DNA of 64,000 nt from Burkholderiales bacterium (GCA_050260375.1 JBLNCA010000037.1:137844-201843); one strand, 5' to 3'. Shown: positions 25,483 through 35,366, counted from the first letter of the stretch. The notes: generated by a model from the sequence alone, not told the origin. Program-made: numbers and translations.

Positions 25483-26493
25483 TTGTCGAACATACTGTCT
25501 CAAAACGAAATAGATGAGCTGCTAAGCGTACTTGCCTCGGGGCAGGATCTGGTTACGGATGAAACGCCTGAAGATGAAGCAAAGGTAATAAAATCTTATG
25601 ATTTCAGAACGGCGAACAAGTTTTCGAAAGACCAGATGCGTACGCTCCATTTTATATACGATAATTTTGCCAGTCGGCTGTCCACTTACCTTTCGGGTAC
25701 GCTGAGGGCGCCTTGCGAGGTAGAGGTTATATCCATTGAGGAGCAGTCTTTTTCCGAACTGAGCAACTCGATGCCTACGTCTGTTATAGTATCGATAATA
25801 AACATGCCGCCGCTTCAGGGGTCTGTGTTGTTTGAGATATCGCCTATAATAGCGTACGAGATTATAAGCCGCCTGCTTGGCGGAACAGGCCAGTTCGACA
25901 ACACGGACAAGCCGTTTACGGAGATAGAGATATCGATAATGGACCGCATCATCAGAAGAATACTTCAGCTGATGAACGAGGCATGGGAAAAGATAAACAA
26001 GGTTACCGCTACGCTGGACAGGATAGAAACGAGCTCGCAGTATGTGCAGATAGTATCATCCAACGAGCCTATCGCGATAATTACGATGAACGTTAAGATA
26101 GGCAAGGTGGAGGATATCATCAACCTTTGCATACCGCACGTAGCGATACAGCCGATTGCCAAGTCGCTTGTTATGAAAGCGTGGTATTCGGATAAGGGTG
26201 TAATACGCAGCGGCGATGAAAGGAAGAACTTCGAGTCGCGCCTTGCGGGGATACACCTTTCACTGCAGGCCATATTCAATCCCACAAACGCAACGGTGGG
26301 GGAGATACTCGGAACACAGGTGGGAGACGTGATACGCATCGACCACACTATAAACGAGCCCATTACGATAAAGGTTGAACATATACCGAAGTTCAAAGGG
26401 GCGATAGGATTACGTGGAAGCAATTACGCCGTGCAGATACAGGAGATAATTAAGGAGGAGACAGTTAATGAATATGCAGACATCATGGAATGA
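25483..26493 (+). CDS. fliM: FliM switch protein
   Basis: N-terminal LSQNEIDELL motif, a CheC-like middle domain and a SpoA-type C-terminus. TTG start. Confidence 0.9.
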   Translation: MSNILSQNEIDELLSVLASGQDLVTDETPEDEAKVIKSYDFRTANKFSKDQMRTLHFIYDNFASRLSTYLSGTLRAPCEVEVISIEEQSFSELSNSMPTSVIVSIINMPPLQGSVLFEISPIIAYEIISRLLGGTGQFDNTDKPFTEIEISIMDRIIRRILQLMNEAWEKINKVTATLDRIETSSQYVQIVSSNEPIAIITMNVKIGKVEDIINLCIPHVAIQPIAKSLVMKAWYSDKGVIRSGDERKNFESRLAGIHLSLQAIFNPTNATVGEILGTQVGDVIRIDHTINEPITIKVEHIPKFKGAIGLRGSNYAVQIQEIIKEETVNEYADIME

Positions 26494-27541
26494 GGGAGAT
26501 AATTTGGATCCTGAAATAAACTACAACATAATGCTCAACGAAGAGGAAAAAGACGCGCTCGGCGAAATAAGCAATATCTGCATGGGCACTTCCGCTACTA
26601 CGCTGTCTACTCTGCTCGGCAAGAGAGTCGTTATAACCACGCCCAGGGTAAGCATAAGCAGGGGCAACGAGTATCTTGACGACTATGAAAAACCCGTAGT
26701 GCTTACCGAAGTCGAATATACGGAAGGTATAGACGGAAGGAACTCTTTTCTTTTAAAGAAAGAGGACGCGCTGCTTATTACCAGCCTGCTGATGGGGAGC
26801 GACCCAAGCGACGGCATAACCGAAGAAATGGAAGAGTACTATCTGAGCGCAATAAGCGAAGTGATGAACCAGATGGTAGGTTCGTCTTCCACTGCGCTTG
26901 CTACCGCTCTGCATGTTCAGGTCAATATAGCTCCGCCCGTTATCAAGGAACTGACGGACGATGAAAAGCATGAGAGACGCAATTCCGACGAAGTTTCCAT
27001 CGTAATAAGCTTCAGGATGGAAATAGAGGACATGTTGGTAAGCAATATAATGCAGATAATGCCGTTCGATTTCGGCAAAAAGCTTGCGAGTTCGCTTTGT
27101 GGCAAAGAAGAACCGGCACAGTATGCAGGCGTGCCGGATAATATAGTCAGTAACAAGGAAAGCGTGGGATTAGTTATGGATACGGGTGCTAATAAAGACG
27201 CTTACATTGAGAAGAGCAAAAAGGATGTTGATCTTAAGGAGGTTAAATTCCAGTCGTTTGACACCTCGAATTACGGACAGGCGGCGGCCGGAAACAACAT
27301 AGACCTCATAATCGACGTGCCGCTGCAGGTTACCGTAGTGCTCGGCAAAACCAAGAAAAACATCAAGGAGATACTTGAGATCGGCATGGGGTCTATAATA
27401 GTGCTCGACCGTCTCGCGGGCGAAATGGTGGATGTGCTTGTAAACGGCAAGATATTTGCGCGCGGGGAAGTGGTCGTTATAAACGACAACTACGGCGTGC
27501 GCATAACGGAACTGACGGAATCGAGCCAGGTTAAGTCTTAA
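26468..27541 (+). CDS. fliY: FliY (CheC-like domain fused to FliN/SpoA domain)
   Basis: EEEKDALGEISNICMGTSATTLSTLLGKR (CheC-like) and VPLQVTVVLGKTKKNIKEILEIGMGSIIVLDRLAGEMVDVLVNGKIFARGEVVV (FliN-like). Confidence 0.88.
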   Translation: MNMQTSWNEGDNLDPEINYNIMLNEEEKDALGEISNICMGTSATTLSTLLGKRVVITTPRVSISRGNEYLDDYEKPVVLTEVEYTEGIDGRNSFLLKKEDALLITSLLMGSDPSDGITEEMEEYYLSAISEVMNQMVGSSSTALATALHVQVNIAPPVIKELTDDEKHERRNSDEVSIVISFRMEIEDMLVSNIMQIMPFDFGKKLASSLCGKEEPAQYAGVPDNIVSNKESVGLVMDTGANKDAYIEKSKKDVDLKEVKFQSFDTSNYGQAAAGNNIDLIIDVPLQVTVVLGKTKKNIKEILEIGMGSIIVLDRLAGEMVDVLVNGKIFARGEVVVINDNYGVRITELTESSQVKS

Positions 27542-27566
27542 TAAAAAGCCTAAAATACTGGGCTTA

Positions 27567-27723
27567 AGACTGGCAATAAGTACATTCTGTCATTCCTTCT
27601 GCATTAAGTAGTGCAGCGACCGAAGAATCCCGGCTATCACAAAAACGGGATTCTTCTAAAGGCGCACCAAAAAGGGACGGAATCGCATTTCAAGGTTTTA
27701 TCAAAAACCGGAGACTGGCAATA
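27567..27723. mobile_element. ~133-bp insertion flanked by 12-bp direct repeats, inside the fliY terminator region
   Basis: AGACTGGCAATA occurs at 27567-27578 and 27712-27723. The second copy forms the 5' half of the terminator hairpin. The insert carries the GTCATTCC..GAAGAATC repeat. Confidence 0.4.
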
Positions 27724-27740
27724 GCCAGCCTTTTTGTTTT
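27714..27740 (+). terminator. Intrinsic terminator ending the fliF-fliY block
   Basis: CTGGC-aata-GCCAG followed by CCTTTTTGTTTT. Confidence 0.7.
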
Positions 27741-27771
27741 ATCGGCCTTGGTACCACTATTATCCTTGATG

Positions 27772-27780
27772 TGTTATAAT
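27772..27780 (+). promoter_or_regulatory. Extended -10 promoter candidate for the GH1 gene
   Basis: TGtTATAAT lies 28 nt upstream of ATG 27808. Confidence 0.45.
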
Positions 27781-27807
27781 ATATAAAAAATTACGGGGGA
27801 CGGGTAT

Positions 27808-29100
27808 ATGCCTTTTATGCTGAAAGACGATATGCAGCTGGGAGTCGCATCGGCCGCCACACAGATAGAAGGCGGGAACAGGCAAAACAGCTGGTACGAT
27901 TGGTACTTAAAAGGGCATATAAAAGACGGCTCGGACCCTTCCGTTGCAAACATGCACTACGAACGCTTTGCCGAAGACGCTCAGATCATGCATGATATGG
28001 GCATAAAGCATTACCGTCTCGGCATAGAGTGGGCAAGGCTCGAGCCCGAAAGGGGCGTATTCAACGAAGCCGAGTTCCGCCACTACCGCGAAGAACTGAT
28101 GCTGCTCAAGCAGCTCGGTATAGAGCCTCTTTTAACCATCCATCATTTCACCAACCCGCTGTGGTTTGAAAATATTGGGGCATTCGAAAACCGCGCCTCG
28201 GTGGGCGTATTTCTTGATTTCGTAAAAAAAGTAGTGGAAGAGTTCGGCGATATAGTGGCCGAATACATAACGATAAACGAGCCCAACGTATACGCCGTGT
28301 TCGGGTTTTTCTTCGGCGACTGGCCTCCGGGCAGAAAATCCCTGCGGGCAACCATACGCGTGCTCAACAACATGCGCGAGTGCCATATAAAGGCTTATGA
28401 GCTTATACACAGCATACGCCGCGGCATGGGCAGGGAAGACACGAAGGTAAGCTACGCCCACCATATGCGCGTGTTCGAGCCGAAAAACAGGGCGAATTTA
28501 TGGCACCGTATCTGCACGTCGCTGATGCGCCGCGTTTTCCAGGAAAGCATTTCAAAATCGTTTTTAAAAGGGCAGGCGTGCTTCCCGCTTCGGGGCTGCA
28601 AAAGAGGCCTTTACTGCGATTTCCACGCGATAAACTATTACAGCCGCTCGGCTGTGGCAGGCTTTAAGGATGAGTATTTTAGTGGCGTGCCGGTAAACGA
28701 CCTCGGCTGGGAGATCTACCCCGACGGCATTGTGCAAAACGCACGCGAACTGTATAAGCTGGCCCGGCTTCCCATATATATAACCGAAAACGGCACGTGC
28801 GACAACGCCGACGCATTCAGGAGCCGCTATATATACGAACACTTAAAGGCGCTTGCGGAAAGCGAACTTCCGGTTAAGCGCTATTACCATTGGTGCTTCA
28901 CCGACAATTTCGAATGGCTCGAAGGGTTTTCGGCAAGGTTCGGTATTGTGCATGTGGACTATTCCACGCAGAAGCGCACGGTAAAGCGCAGCGGAGAATT
29001 TTTCAGCAGGATGATAGAAAACCGCGGAGTGACGAAAGACATGTACGACGAATACTGCGCCGTGGAGTATAAGACGAATGCGGCACCTCAAAAGCCTTAA
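27808..29100 (+). CDS. GH1 beta-glucosidase / 6-phospho-beta-glucosidase family
   Basis: Acid/base motif TINEPN and nucleophile motif YITENG; 430 aa. Confidence 0.85.
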   Translation: MPFMLKDDMQLGVASAATQIEGGNRQNSWYDWYLKGHIKDGSDPSVANMHYERFAEDAQIMHDMGIKHYRLGIEWARLEPERGVFNEAEFRHYREELMLLKQLGIEPLLTIHHFTNPLWFENIGAFENRASVGVFLDFVKKVVEEFGDIVAEYITINEPNVYAVFGFFFGDWPPGRKSLRATIRVLNNMRECHIKAYELIHSIRRGMGREDTKVSYAHHMRVFEPKNRANLWHRICTSLMRRVFQESISKSFLKGQACFPLRGCKRGLYCDFHAINYYSRSAVAGFKDEYFSGVPVNDLGWEIYPDGIVQNARELYKLARLPIYITENGTCDNADAFRSRYIYEHLKALAESELPVKRYYHWCFTDNFEWLEGFSARFGIVHVDYSTQKRTVKRSGEFFSRMIENRGVTKDMYDEYCAVEYKTNAAPQKP

Positions 29101-29192
29101 GCAGCGTTACGTAGTTTTTATGACCCGGCCGTATAGTTTATTAATGCCTCTTTATGCAATGCGCTTAAAGGGTAAATATAAAGGAGGATAAG

Positions 29193-30572
29193 ATGAGATC
29201 GTATTACACGCGGAATAAGTGGTTTTTTGGTTTGGGTACTATCGGCAGGGACATGTTTTATACGCTGCTGAGCGTATACTTCCTTACGTTTATGACCGAG
29301 GTGCTTGACCTGTCAAACGAGATGGTTGCGGTAACGGGCAGCGTACTTGCCGTTTTGCGGATATTCGATGCGCTCAACGACCCGCTTATGGGCGTAATAG
29401 TGGATAATACGAACTCCCGGTGGGGCAAATTCAAGCCCGCGATGCTCATAGGCGCTCTTACGAGCTCAGTGTTCCTTATACTGTTATTCACCGATCTATG
29501 GTCATCTTCCTCGCTTTACCTGCTGTTCTTTATATTGCTTTATCTCTTGTGGGATGTAACGTACGGCCTTAACGATATCGCATACTGGTCCATGCTTCCC
29601 GCGCTTACGCTTGATCAGAACCAGCGCGAAAAGATAGGTGCTCTTGCAAGAATTTGGGCGAATGTAGGTATGTATATTGTGGTTGTCGGCATAATACCTG
29701 TTACCGGCATGCTTGAGGAGGCTGTGGGCAGCGCCAAACAGGCCTGGCTCATATTTGCGGTGGCCGTTTCTGTTTTAATGATAGGATTCCAGCTGTTTAC
29801 GCTGCTGGGCGTAAAAGAAAACAGGCAGATATTCAAGAAAGAAGAGAAGACTACGCTACGCGGCATGTTTAAAGCGATATTCAAAAACGACCAGCTATTG
29901 TTTACCGTTATCGCGATGGGGCTGTTTTCGATAGGCTATACTACGACGGCGGAGTTCGGCACGTATTACTTCATATATGCTTACGGCGACAAGAACGCAT
30001 ATTCCACATTCACTTTGATACTCGGCGTTTCGCAGTTAATATCGCTGCTGGTATTTCCGTACTTCAGCAAACGCTTTACGCGCAGGCAGCTTTATACGAG
30101 TTCCACAATTATTGTGATCGCCGCCTACCTGCTGTTCTTCTTTACGCCTATGAACATGATACCGATAGGCATAGCCGGAGTGCTGCTGTTTATAGGCGAC
30201 GGGTTCATTCAGATACTGATGCTGATGTTCCTCACCGATACGATAGAGTACGGCCAATGGAAATTCGGCAAGCGCAACGAAGCGGTCACATTCTCTGTGC
30301 AGCCGCTTATCAACAAGCTTGGGTCCGCCATAGCGACGCTCATCATAACATGGACGCTCATTATATCGGGCATTAACGATGCGGACACGAGGGGCGTGCC
30401 CGTTACGCCGGAAGGGATAACCGTATTGAAGACGTCTATGTTTTTAATACCTCTTATATGCATAATAGTGGGGTATTTCGTTTACCGGTTTAAATACAAG
30501 ATAGATAAAAAGTTCTATGACCAGATAGTAACCGACCTTGCCTCAAGAGGAGATATAAAAGAAGTAAAATAA
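29193..30572 (+). CDS. Glycoside-pentoside-hexuronide (GPH/MelB-type) cation symporter
   Basis: About 12 TMs and an N-terminus of FGLGTIGRDMFYTLLSVYFLTFMTE..RIFDALNDPLMGVIVDNT, typical of GPH carriers. Confidence 0.75.
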   Translation: MRSYYTRNKWFFGLGTIGRDMFYTLLSVYFLTFMTEVLDLSNEMVAVTGSVLAVLRIFDALNDPLMGVIVDNTNSRWGKFKPAMLIGALTSSVFLILLFTDLWSSSSLYLLFFILLYLLWDVTYGLNDIAYWSMLPALTLDQNQREKIGALARIWANVGMYIVVVGIIPVTGMLEEAVGSAKQAWLIFAVAVSVLMIGFQLFTLLGVKENRQIFKKEEKTTLRGMFKAIFKNDQLLFTVIAMGLFSIGYTTTAEFGTYYFIYAYGDKNAYSTFTLILGVSQLISLLVFPYFSKRFTRRQLYTSSTIIVIAAYLLFFFTPMNMIPIGIAGVLLFIGDGFIQILMLMFLTDTIEYGQWKFGKRNEAVTFSVQPLINKLGSAIATLIITWTLIISGINDADTRGVPVTPEGITVLKTSMFLIPLICIIVGYFVYRFKYKIDKKFYDQIVTDLASRGDIKEVK

Positions 30573-30604
30573 ACGCAAGTTTACCGTTGCGATGAGAGCT
30601 TTAC

Positions 30605-30631
30605 GGAGCCGTATTATTTGCGGCTCTTTTT
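30605..30631 (+). terminator. Intrinsic terminator between the convergent GPH and GH36 genes
   Basis: GAGCCG-tattatttg-CGGCTC followed by TTTTT. Confidence 0.7.
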
Positions 30632-30632
30632 A

Positions 30633-32969
30633 CTATTCGCCCTTTCTTGTAATAACATAGAGGTTCGAGCCGAAATCCCCGAGCAGGCGGATGCGCTCGT
30701 TGTAATAGCTGCCTATAAACTGGTTGTTGAGGCGGACGCCAGAGTTCAGCATGTCTCCGCGGCATTCATAGCTCTCCACGCAGTCCGTAAGGCGGTAAAA
30801 CCTGCCTATCGTGCGGAGTATGAACCCCTCGGGGTTAAGAGACAGCGGCAGTATATGCTTTACGAGCCCGCCGAAGCGCTTTATAAAAAGGCTCTGCGGC
30901 CGGGTGCGCAGCGAATAGAGGCTACCCGGCTCGAAACCGGCAAGCGGCAGAATATCGTACCCTTCGCTGGCTTCGGCCTGAGTCTGAAAAAACCCCGCGA
31001 CAGACTCCGAGCCGTCGACAGCGGTGCACTGCCAGTGGACCTTGTTGGCTTTCAGCGCGGGCAGGCGGCGGAAACGCCCGTACTGCAGCGTTTTCCTGTG
31101 CGCTTTGTAAAAAGCTATCTGCTCCTTTATCTCCTTCTTTTCCACGCGCGACAGATACTTTAAATCCATCTCGTATCCGAGGCACCCGAAGCACGCCACG
31201 TTAAAGCGCGTCGTTAAGGGAGTGCTTCTCAGCGTCTGCTGGTGAGGCGCTTCGGAAACATGCGCGCCCATCGTTGAAAGCGGATAAAGGTGGGAAAGGC
31301 CGCCTTGAATTTTCAAGCGCTCCACTGGGTCGGTATCGTCGGACGACCACACCTGTGGCGAATAACACAGCATGCCGAGGTCGAACCTGTTGCCTCCGCT
31401 TGAGCAGCTTTCGAGCAGTATATGCGGGCGCGGGCGGAATATGCGCTCGAGCACGTCGTAAAGCCCGAGTATATACCGGTGAAAGAACTCGCCCTGGTTT
31501 TCAAGCAGCGGAGAGCAGGCGTCGCTGATATGGCGGTTCATGTCCCACTTTACGTAGGATATGCGCGCTTCGTCCAATATCTTTGACACCGACTCTACGA
31601 TGTAATCGCGCACGCGGGGGTTGCACAGGTCTAGCACTAGCTGGTTGCGCCCGAGCGTCGGCTTCTTGCCGGGCGTGGTCACGGCGTACTCCGGATGCGC
31701 GCGATAAAGGTCGCTGTCCTCATTCACCATCTCCGGCTCAAACCACAGGCCGAACTCCATGCCGTACCTGCGTATTCTGTCCGCGAGTTTGGCCATGCCG
31801 CCCGGGAGCTTTTTTAAATTGACGTTGTAGTCGCCGAGCCCCGCATTGTCGTCGTTCCTCTTGCCGAACCAGCCGTCGTCCAGCACGAAAAGCTCAATAC
31901 CCAGGCGGCGGGCGCGGCGCGCTAGCCGCAGCAGCCGTCCCCGGGTGAACTTAAAAAAATACGCTTCCCAGTTGTTGATAAGCACGGGGCGCTCTTTCCC
32001 TTTCCAGTCGCCCCGGACGATATGGTTGTTTACAAAGTCGTGAAAATGCGCGCTTAAGCCGTTGTAGCCGCCGCTTGAAAACGTCATTACGGCCTCGGGC
32101 GTCTCGAACTTCTCGTCCTTGTTAAGCGTCCACTCGAAGCAGTGGGGGTTTATTCCTGTCTGTACCCGAACAATGTCCTGGTTTGAAAGTTCTATAGCGC
32201 TGTAATGGTTGCCGCTGTAAACGAGGTTGAAGCCATACATGCGCCCGTACTGTTCGCCGGCTCCGCTTTCGGCGAGCAGAAAGCCCGGATTATGGCGGTT
32301 GCTGCTCGCGCCCGTAGTCGAGCTGTTTATGTATATGCCGTATTGCAGCTCGCGCTCGTGCTTGTGCGCTTCCTTTATCCAGCCGCCGTCAAACGTGACA
32401 AGTTTAAACCCGCGGCCCGGCATATCCAGCGACATGCTCATCAGCCTGCGGATAACGAGCGGCTTTTCGTTATGGTTTATTAGCACTGCGCGGCGGGTGA
32501 TAACGTCCGTTTGTTCGTATACCGTGTAATACAGCAGCAATTCCACGTTGTTAGACTCGTCTAACATGGTTATTTCCAGCGTATCGCAGTCGCTTTCCCC
32601 GCCGTAAGAGCAGGGCAGCGTCTCCATTTTTACAAAGCCTTTGAGTATACGGTGAGACTTGTACAGAAAATCACAGGTGAATGTGCCGTCCGGCATTTTT
32701 ATCTCGGCGGGGGAGTGGCGGTAGTCGCCGCGGCCTATGCCCGACCATTCGAGGCACATGTTGTCAAGGCAGTATGTCGGGTCGCTTGAATCGTACACTA
32801 CGCTGCTGCCGTATAGAGCGGTGCGCTTTAATATGAGGCCTTCGGGGTCCTGAGCCGCGAGCCGTTCGCCGTAATGGATATGCTCAAGGTGCCCGAAACT
32901 CGTAACCCGGAACCAGTAGCTTGTCTCGTTTGTCGTAAGTCGGAACAGCTTATCGATTTGTTCTATCAT
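30633..32969 (-). CDS. GH36 alpha-galactosidase
   Basis: FVLDDGWFGKRNDDNAGLGDY, KWDMNR and ESCSSGGNRFD motifs; 778 aa. Confidence 0.88.
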   Translation of the reverse strand: MIEQIDKLFRLTTNETSYWFRVTSFGHLEHIHYGERLAAQDPEGLILKRTALYGSSVVYDSSDPTYCLDNMCLEWSGIGRGDYRHSPAEIKMPDGTFTCDFLYKSHRILKGFVKMETLPCSYGGESDCDTLEITMLDESNNVELLLYYTVYEQTDVITRRAVLINHNEKPLVIRRLMSMSLDMPGRGFKLVTFDGGWIKEAHKHERELQYGIYINSSTTGASSNRHNPGFLLAESGAGEQYGRMYGFNLVYSGNHYSAIELSNQDIVRVQTGINPHCFEWTLNKDEKFETPEAVMTFSSGGYNGLSAHFHDFVNNHIVRGDWKGKERPVLINNWEAYFFKFTRGRLLRLARRARRLGIELFVLDDGWFGKRNDDNAGLGDYNVNLKKLPGGMAKLADRIRRYGMEFGLWFEPEMVNEDSDLYRAHPEYAVTTPGKKPTLGRNQLVLDLCNPRVRDYIVESVSKILDEARISYVKWDMNRHISDACSPLLENQGEFFHRYILGLYDVLERIFRPRPHILLESCSSGGNRFDLGMLCYSPQVWSSDDTDPVERLKIQGGLSHLYPLSTMGAHVSEAPHQQTLRSTPLTTRFNVACFGCLGYEMDLKYLSRVEKKEIKEQIAFYKAHRKTLQYGRFRRLPALKANKVHWQCTAVDGSESVAGFFQTQAEASEGYDILPLAGFEPGSLYSLRTRPQSLFIKRFGGLVKHILPLSLNPEGFILRTIGRFYRLTDCVESYECRGDMLNSGVRLNNQFIGSYYNERIRLLGDFGSNLYVITRKGE

Positions 32970-32974
32970 AGCGC

Positions 32975-34588
32975 TTACCTCGTTACATCCAGCAGTACAG
33001 CCTCGTAGGGCTTAAGGCTTCCGTCGTATTCCGTACTGTCGTAATTGGAGATTATAACTTTGCCGTCCGCGGCGGCTTTCTTTGTGCGCTTTCCGAAATT
33101 AAGCAGTACGCGGTATACCTGCCCGTTCTTTTCACGCTCGTATATAAACAGGCTGCCCGACGCTCGTATCAGCCGGAATTCGCCGGAAACAAGAACGTCG
33201 CTATTTGCGCGCAGCGCTATCATTTTTTTATAGAAGCTGAGTACGGAGTCCGGATCGTTTATTTGCGCCGCCGCGTTTATAAACTTGTGGTTTTTGTTTA
33301 TGCTCAGCCACGGCTCGCCGGCCGTAAAGCCCGCCCCCGGTTCGGCGCTCCACTGCATCGGCGTGCGCGAATTGTCGCGCGACGAGCGTTTTATCATGCG
33401 CCAGCGGTAAAACGCGGGTATATGAAGCTTCTTTGCCGTATTGTATATGTTGAGGGATTCTACGTCCTTTATCTGGTCCATGCCGGTAAAATCGAAATTC
33501 GTCATGCCAATTTCCTGCCCCTGGTATATAAAGGGAGTGCCGCGCAAAGTAAGCAGCATCAGGCAGAGCATCTTGGCGGAAACCGCCCAGTATTCCCCGT
33601 CGTCGCCGAAACGCGAGACGGATCTCGGCTGGTCGTGGTTTTCAAGATAGCACGCGTTCCATTCAAGCGCGTTCTGCCATTTCGCTATTATCTTGCCGAA
33701 CTGTCCGGCGTTGAAGCGGCGCTTAAACCACTTGATGAAGTACTGGTCGGTTTCCATATGCTCGAACGAGAATATCATATCGAGTTCTCCGCGGCTTTCG
33801 TCGGTAAGGTCCCTGCCCATCTGAGTCGTTACGAACACCGCCTCGCCCACCGTAAAGCAGTCGTACCGGCTCAATACCTCGCTGCGCAGAGTTTTCAGTA
33901 TCTCGTGCGCTCCCGGCTGCGACGTATAATATTCGCTTCCTTTTATAATGAGCTTTTTGCTGTCCTCAAGCGAAGACTTCCATATGATGTTTATAACGTC
34001 GCAGCGGAACCCTGATACGCCCCTGTCGAGCCAGAAGCGCATTATGTCCTTTATTTCCTCGAGCACTTTGGGATTCCGGTAATTTAAGTCGGGCTGTTTC
34101 TTCGCGAACAGGTGCAGGTAATACTCGCCGCTCTGTTCGTCGTATTCCCATGCGCTGCCGCCGAATAGGCTTATCCAGTTGTTGGGAGGCCTGCCGTCTC
34201 TGCCGGGCCGCCAGATATAGTAATCGCGGTAGGGGCTGCTTTTATCCCGGCTTGCTTTGAACCACGGGTGCTCGTCGGAAGTGTGGTTAATAACAAGGTC
34301 CATCACGATGCGTATGTCGCGGCGCCCTGATTCCTCTATGAGCCGGTCCATGTCCGCCATAGTGCCGTACTTAGGGTCGATGTCGCGGTAGTCGCTGATA
34401 TCGTAGCCGTTGTCGGCGTCGGGGGAACGGTACACAGGCCCGAGCCATATTATGCCTATGCCAAGGTCTTTAAGATAATCCAGATGCTCGATTATGCCGG
34501 GGATATCGCCGAATCCGTCGCCATTCGTATCGGCAAAGCTGCGCGGGTATATCTGATAGACGACCCTTTTACGCCACCATTTGGACAT
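32975..34588 (-). CDS. GH13 oligo-1,6-glucosidase / alpha-glucosidase
   Basis: VYQIYPRSFADTNGDGFGD, DLVINHTS, GFRCDVINI, VGEA and YLENHDQPR motifs. Start set at MSKWWRK, 8 nt after GGGAGG. Confidence 0.9.
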   Translation of the reverse strand: MSKWWRKRVVYQIYPRSFADTNGDGFGDIPGIIEHLDYLKDLGIGIIWLGPVYRSPDADNGYDISDYRDIDPKYGTMADMDRLIEESGRRDIRIVMDLVINHTSDEHPWFKASRDKSSPYRDYYIWRPGRDGRPPNNWISLFGGSAWEYDEQSGEYYLHLFAKKQPDLNYRNPKVLEEIKDIMRFWLDRGVSGFRCDVINIIWKSSLEDSKKLIIKGSEYYTSQPGAHEILKTLRSEVLSRYDCFTVGEAVFVTTQMGRDLTDESRGELDMIFSFEHMETDQYFIKWFKRRFNAGQFGKIIAKWQNALEWNACYLENHDQPRSVSRFGDDGEYWAVSAKMLCLMLLTLRGTPFIYQGQEIGMTNFDFTGMDQIKDVESLNIYNTAKKLHIPAFYRWRMIKRSSRDNSRTPMQWSAEPGAGFTAGEPWLSINKNHKFINAAAQINDPDSVLSFYKKMIALRANSDVLVSGEFRLIRASGSLFIYEREKNGQVYRVLLNFGKRTKKAAADGKVIISNYDSTEYDGSLKPYEAVLLDVTR

Positions 34589-34791
34589 TAAAACCGCCTC
34601 CCTTGACTGACTGATATTCATAACGCAAGTGTATGATTACAGTTTAGTAAATTATAGTTATTACGTCAATGAACATATGCGTGCATTACAACATAGCGTA
34701 ATATTAGCGACTCTTTTTTATCGAAGTTTAGTGACATATATCCGCCGCTGTAGTAATATTGATATGAAATTTATGTAAGGGGTATTGGGCT

Positions 34792-35022
34792 ATGGTGTGT
34801 CCTAGGTGCGGCAGCACAAACGTAACGTCTCAGGCGGTGACCGAGACGACATCAAAAGGAAAAGTAAAAGGGTTCGGGAGCATAAAGGCTTTTTTGGGCT
34901 GGCTGTTTTTCTCGGTTCCGGGTATACTCTGCGGCCTGTGCGGCATGGGCAAGGAAAAGACGAGGACGAGGACAAGAACGAGAGTGATAAGGATATGTCA
35001 AAACTGCGGGAAACAGTTCTAG
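34792..35022 (+). CDS. Small zinc-ribbon membrane protein
   Basis: CPRCG and CQNCG pairs flank one hydrophobic segment (FLGWLFFSVPGILCGLC). A TRTRTRTR run is present. Confidence 0.45.
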   Translation: MVCPRCGSTNVTSQAVTETTSKGKVKGFGSIKAFLGWLFFSVPGILCGLCGMGKEKTRTRTRTRVIRICQNCGKQF

Positions 35023-35366
35023 CGCTGCTGCAGGGCATAGGCGACAGAAGCGGCTGCCACCAGATGCCCGAGCGCAGCTTTAAGGCAGGCGAGTATGTAT
35101 TCCCCGTTTGCGCAAGATGCACCGGCGTTTTCTTTGGCCAGCTGTCCGCCGTCATATTCGCAGTGTTCGGCATTGTGTGCCCTTATTATATTGCCGTTTC
35201 GCTGCTGGCTGTAATGGGCGTTGACTGGCTCATACAGAAAATGGGCGTTAAGGAGTCCACGAATATAAGGCGGCTTGTTACCGGCATGTTGGGCGGTTTC
35301 GGGCTGTTCAGCATATATATCGATATTGTTATTCTGCTGTACCGTTTCATAACGGGAATATTCTAG
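34995..35366 (+). CDS. DUF2085-like membrane protein
   Basis: SGCHQMPERSF..PVCARCTGVFFG signature followed by TM helices. ATG 34995 is chosen over the long GTG 34806 ORF. Confidence 0.6.
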   Translation: MSKLRETVLALLQGIGDRSGCHQMPERSFKAGEYVFPVCARCTGVFFGQLSAVIFAVFGIVCPYYIAVSLLAVMGVDWLIQKMGVKESTNIRRLVTGMLGGFGLFSIYIDIVILLYRFITGIF

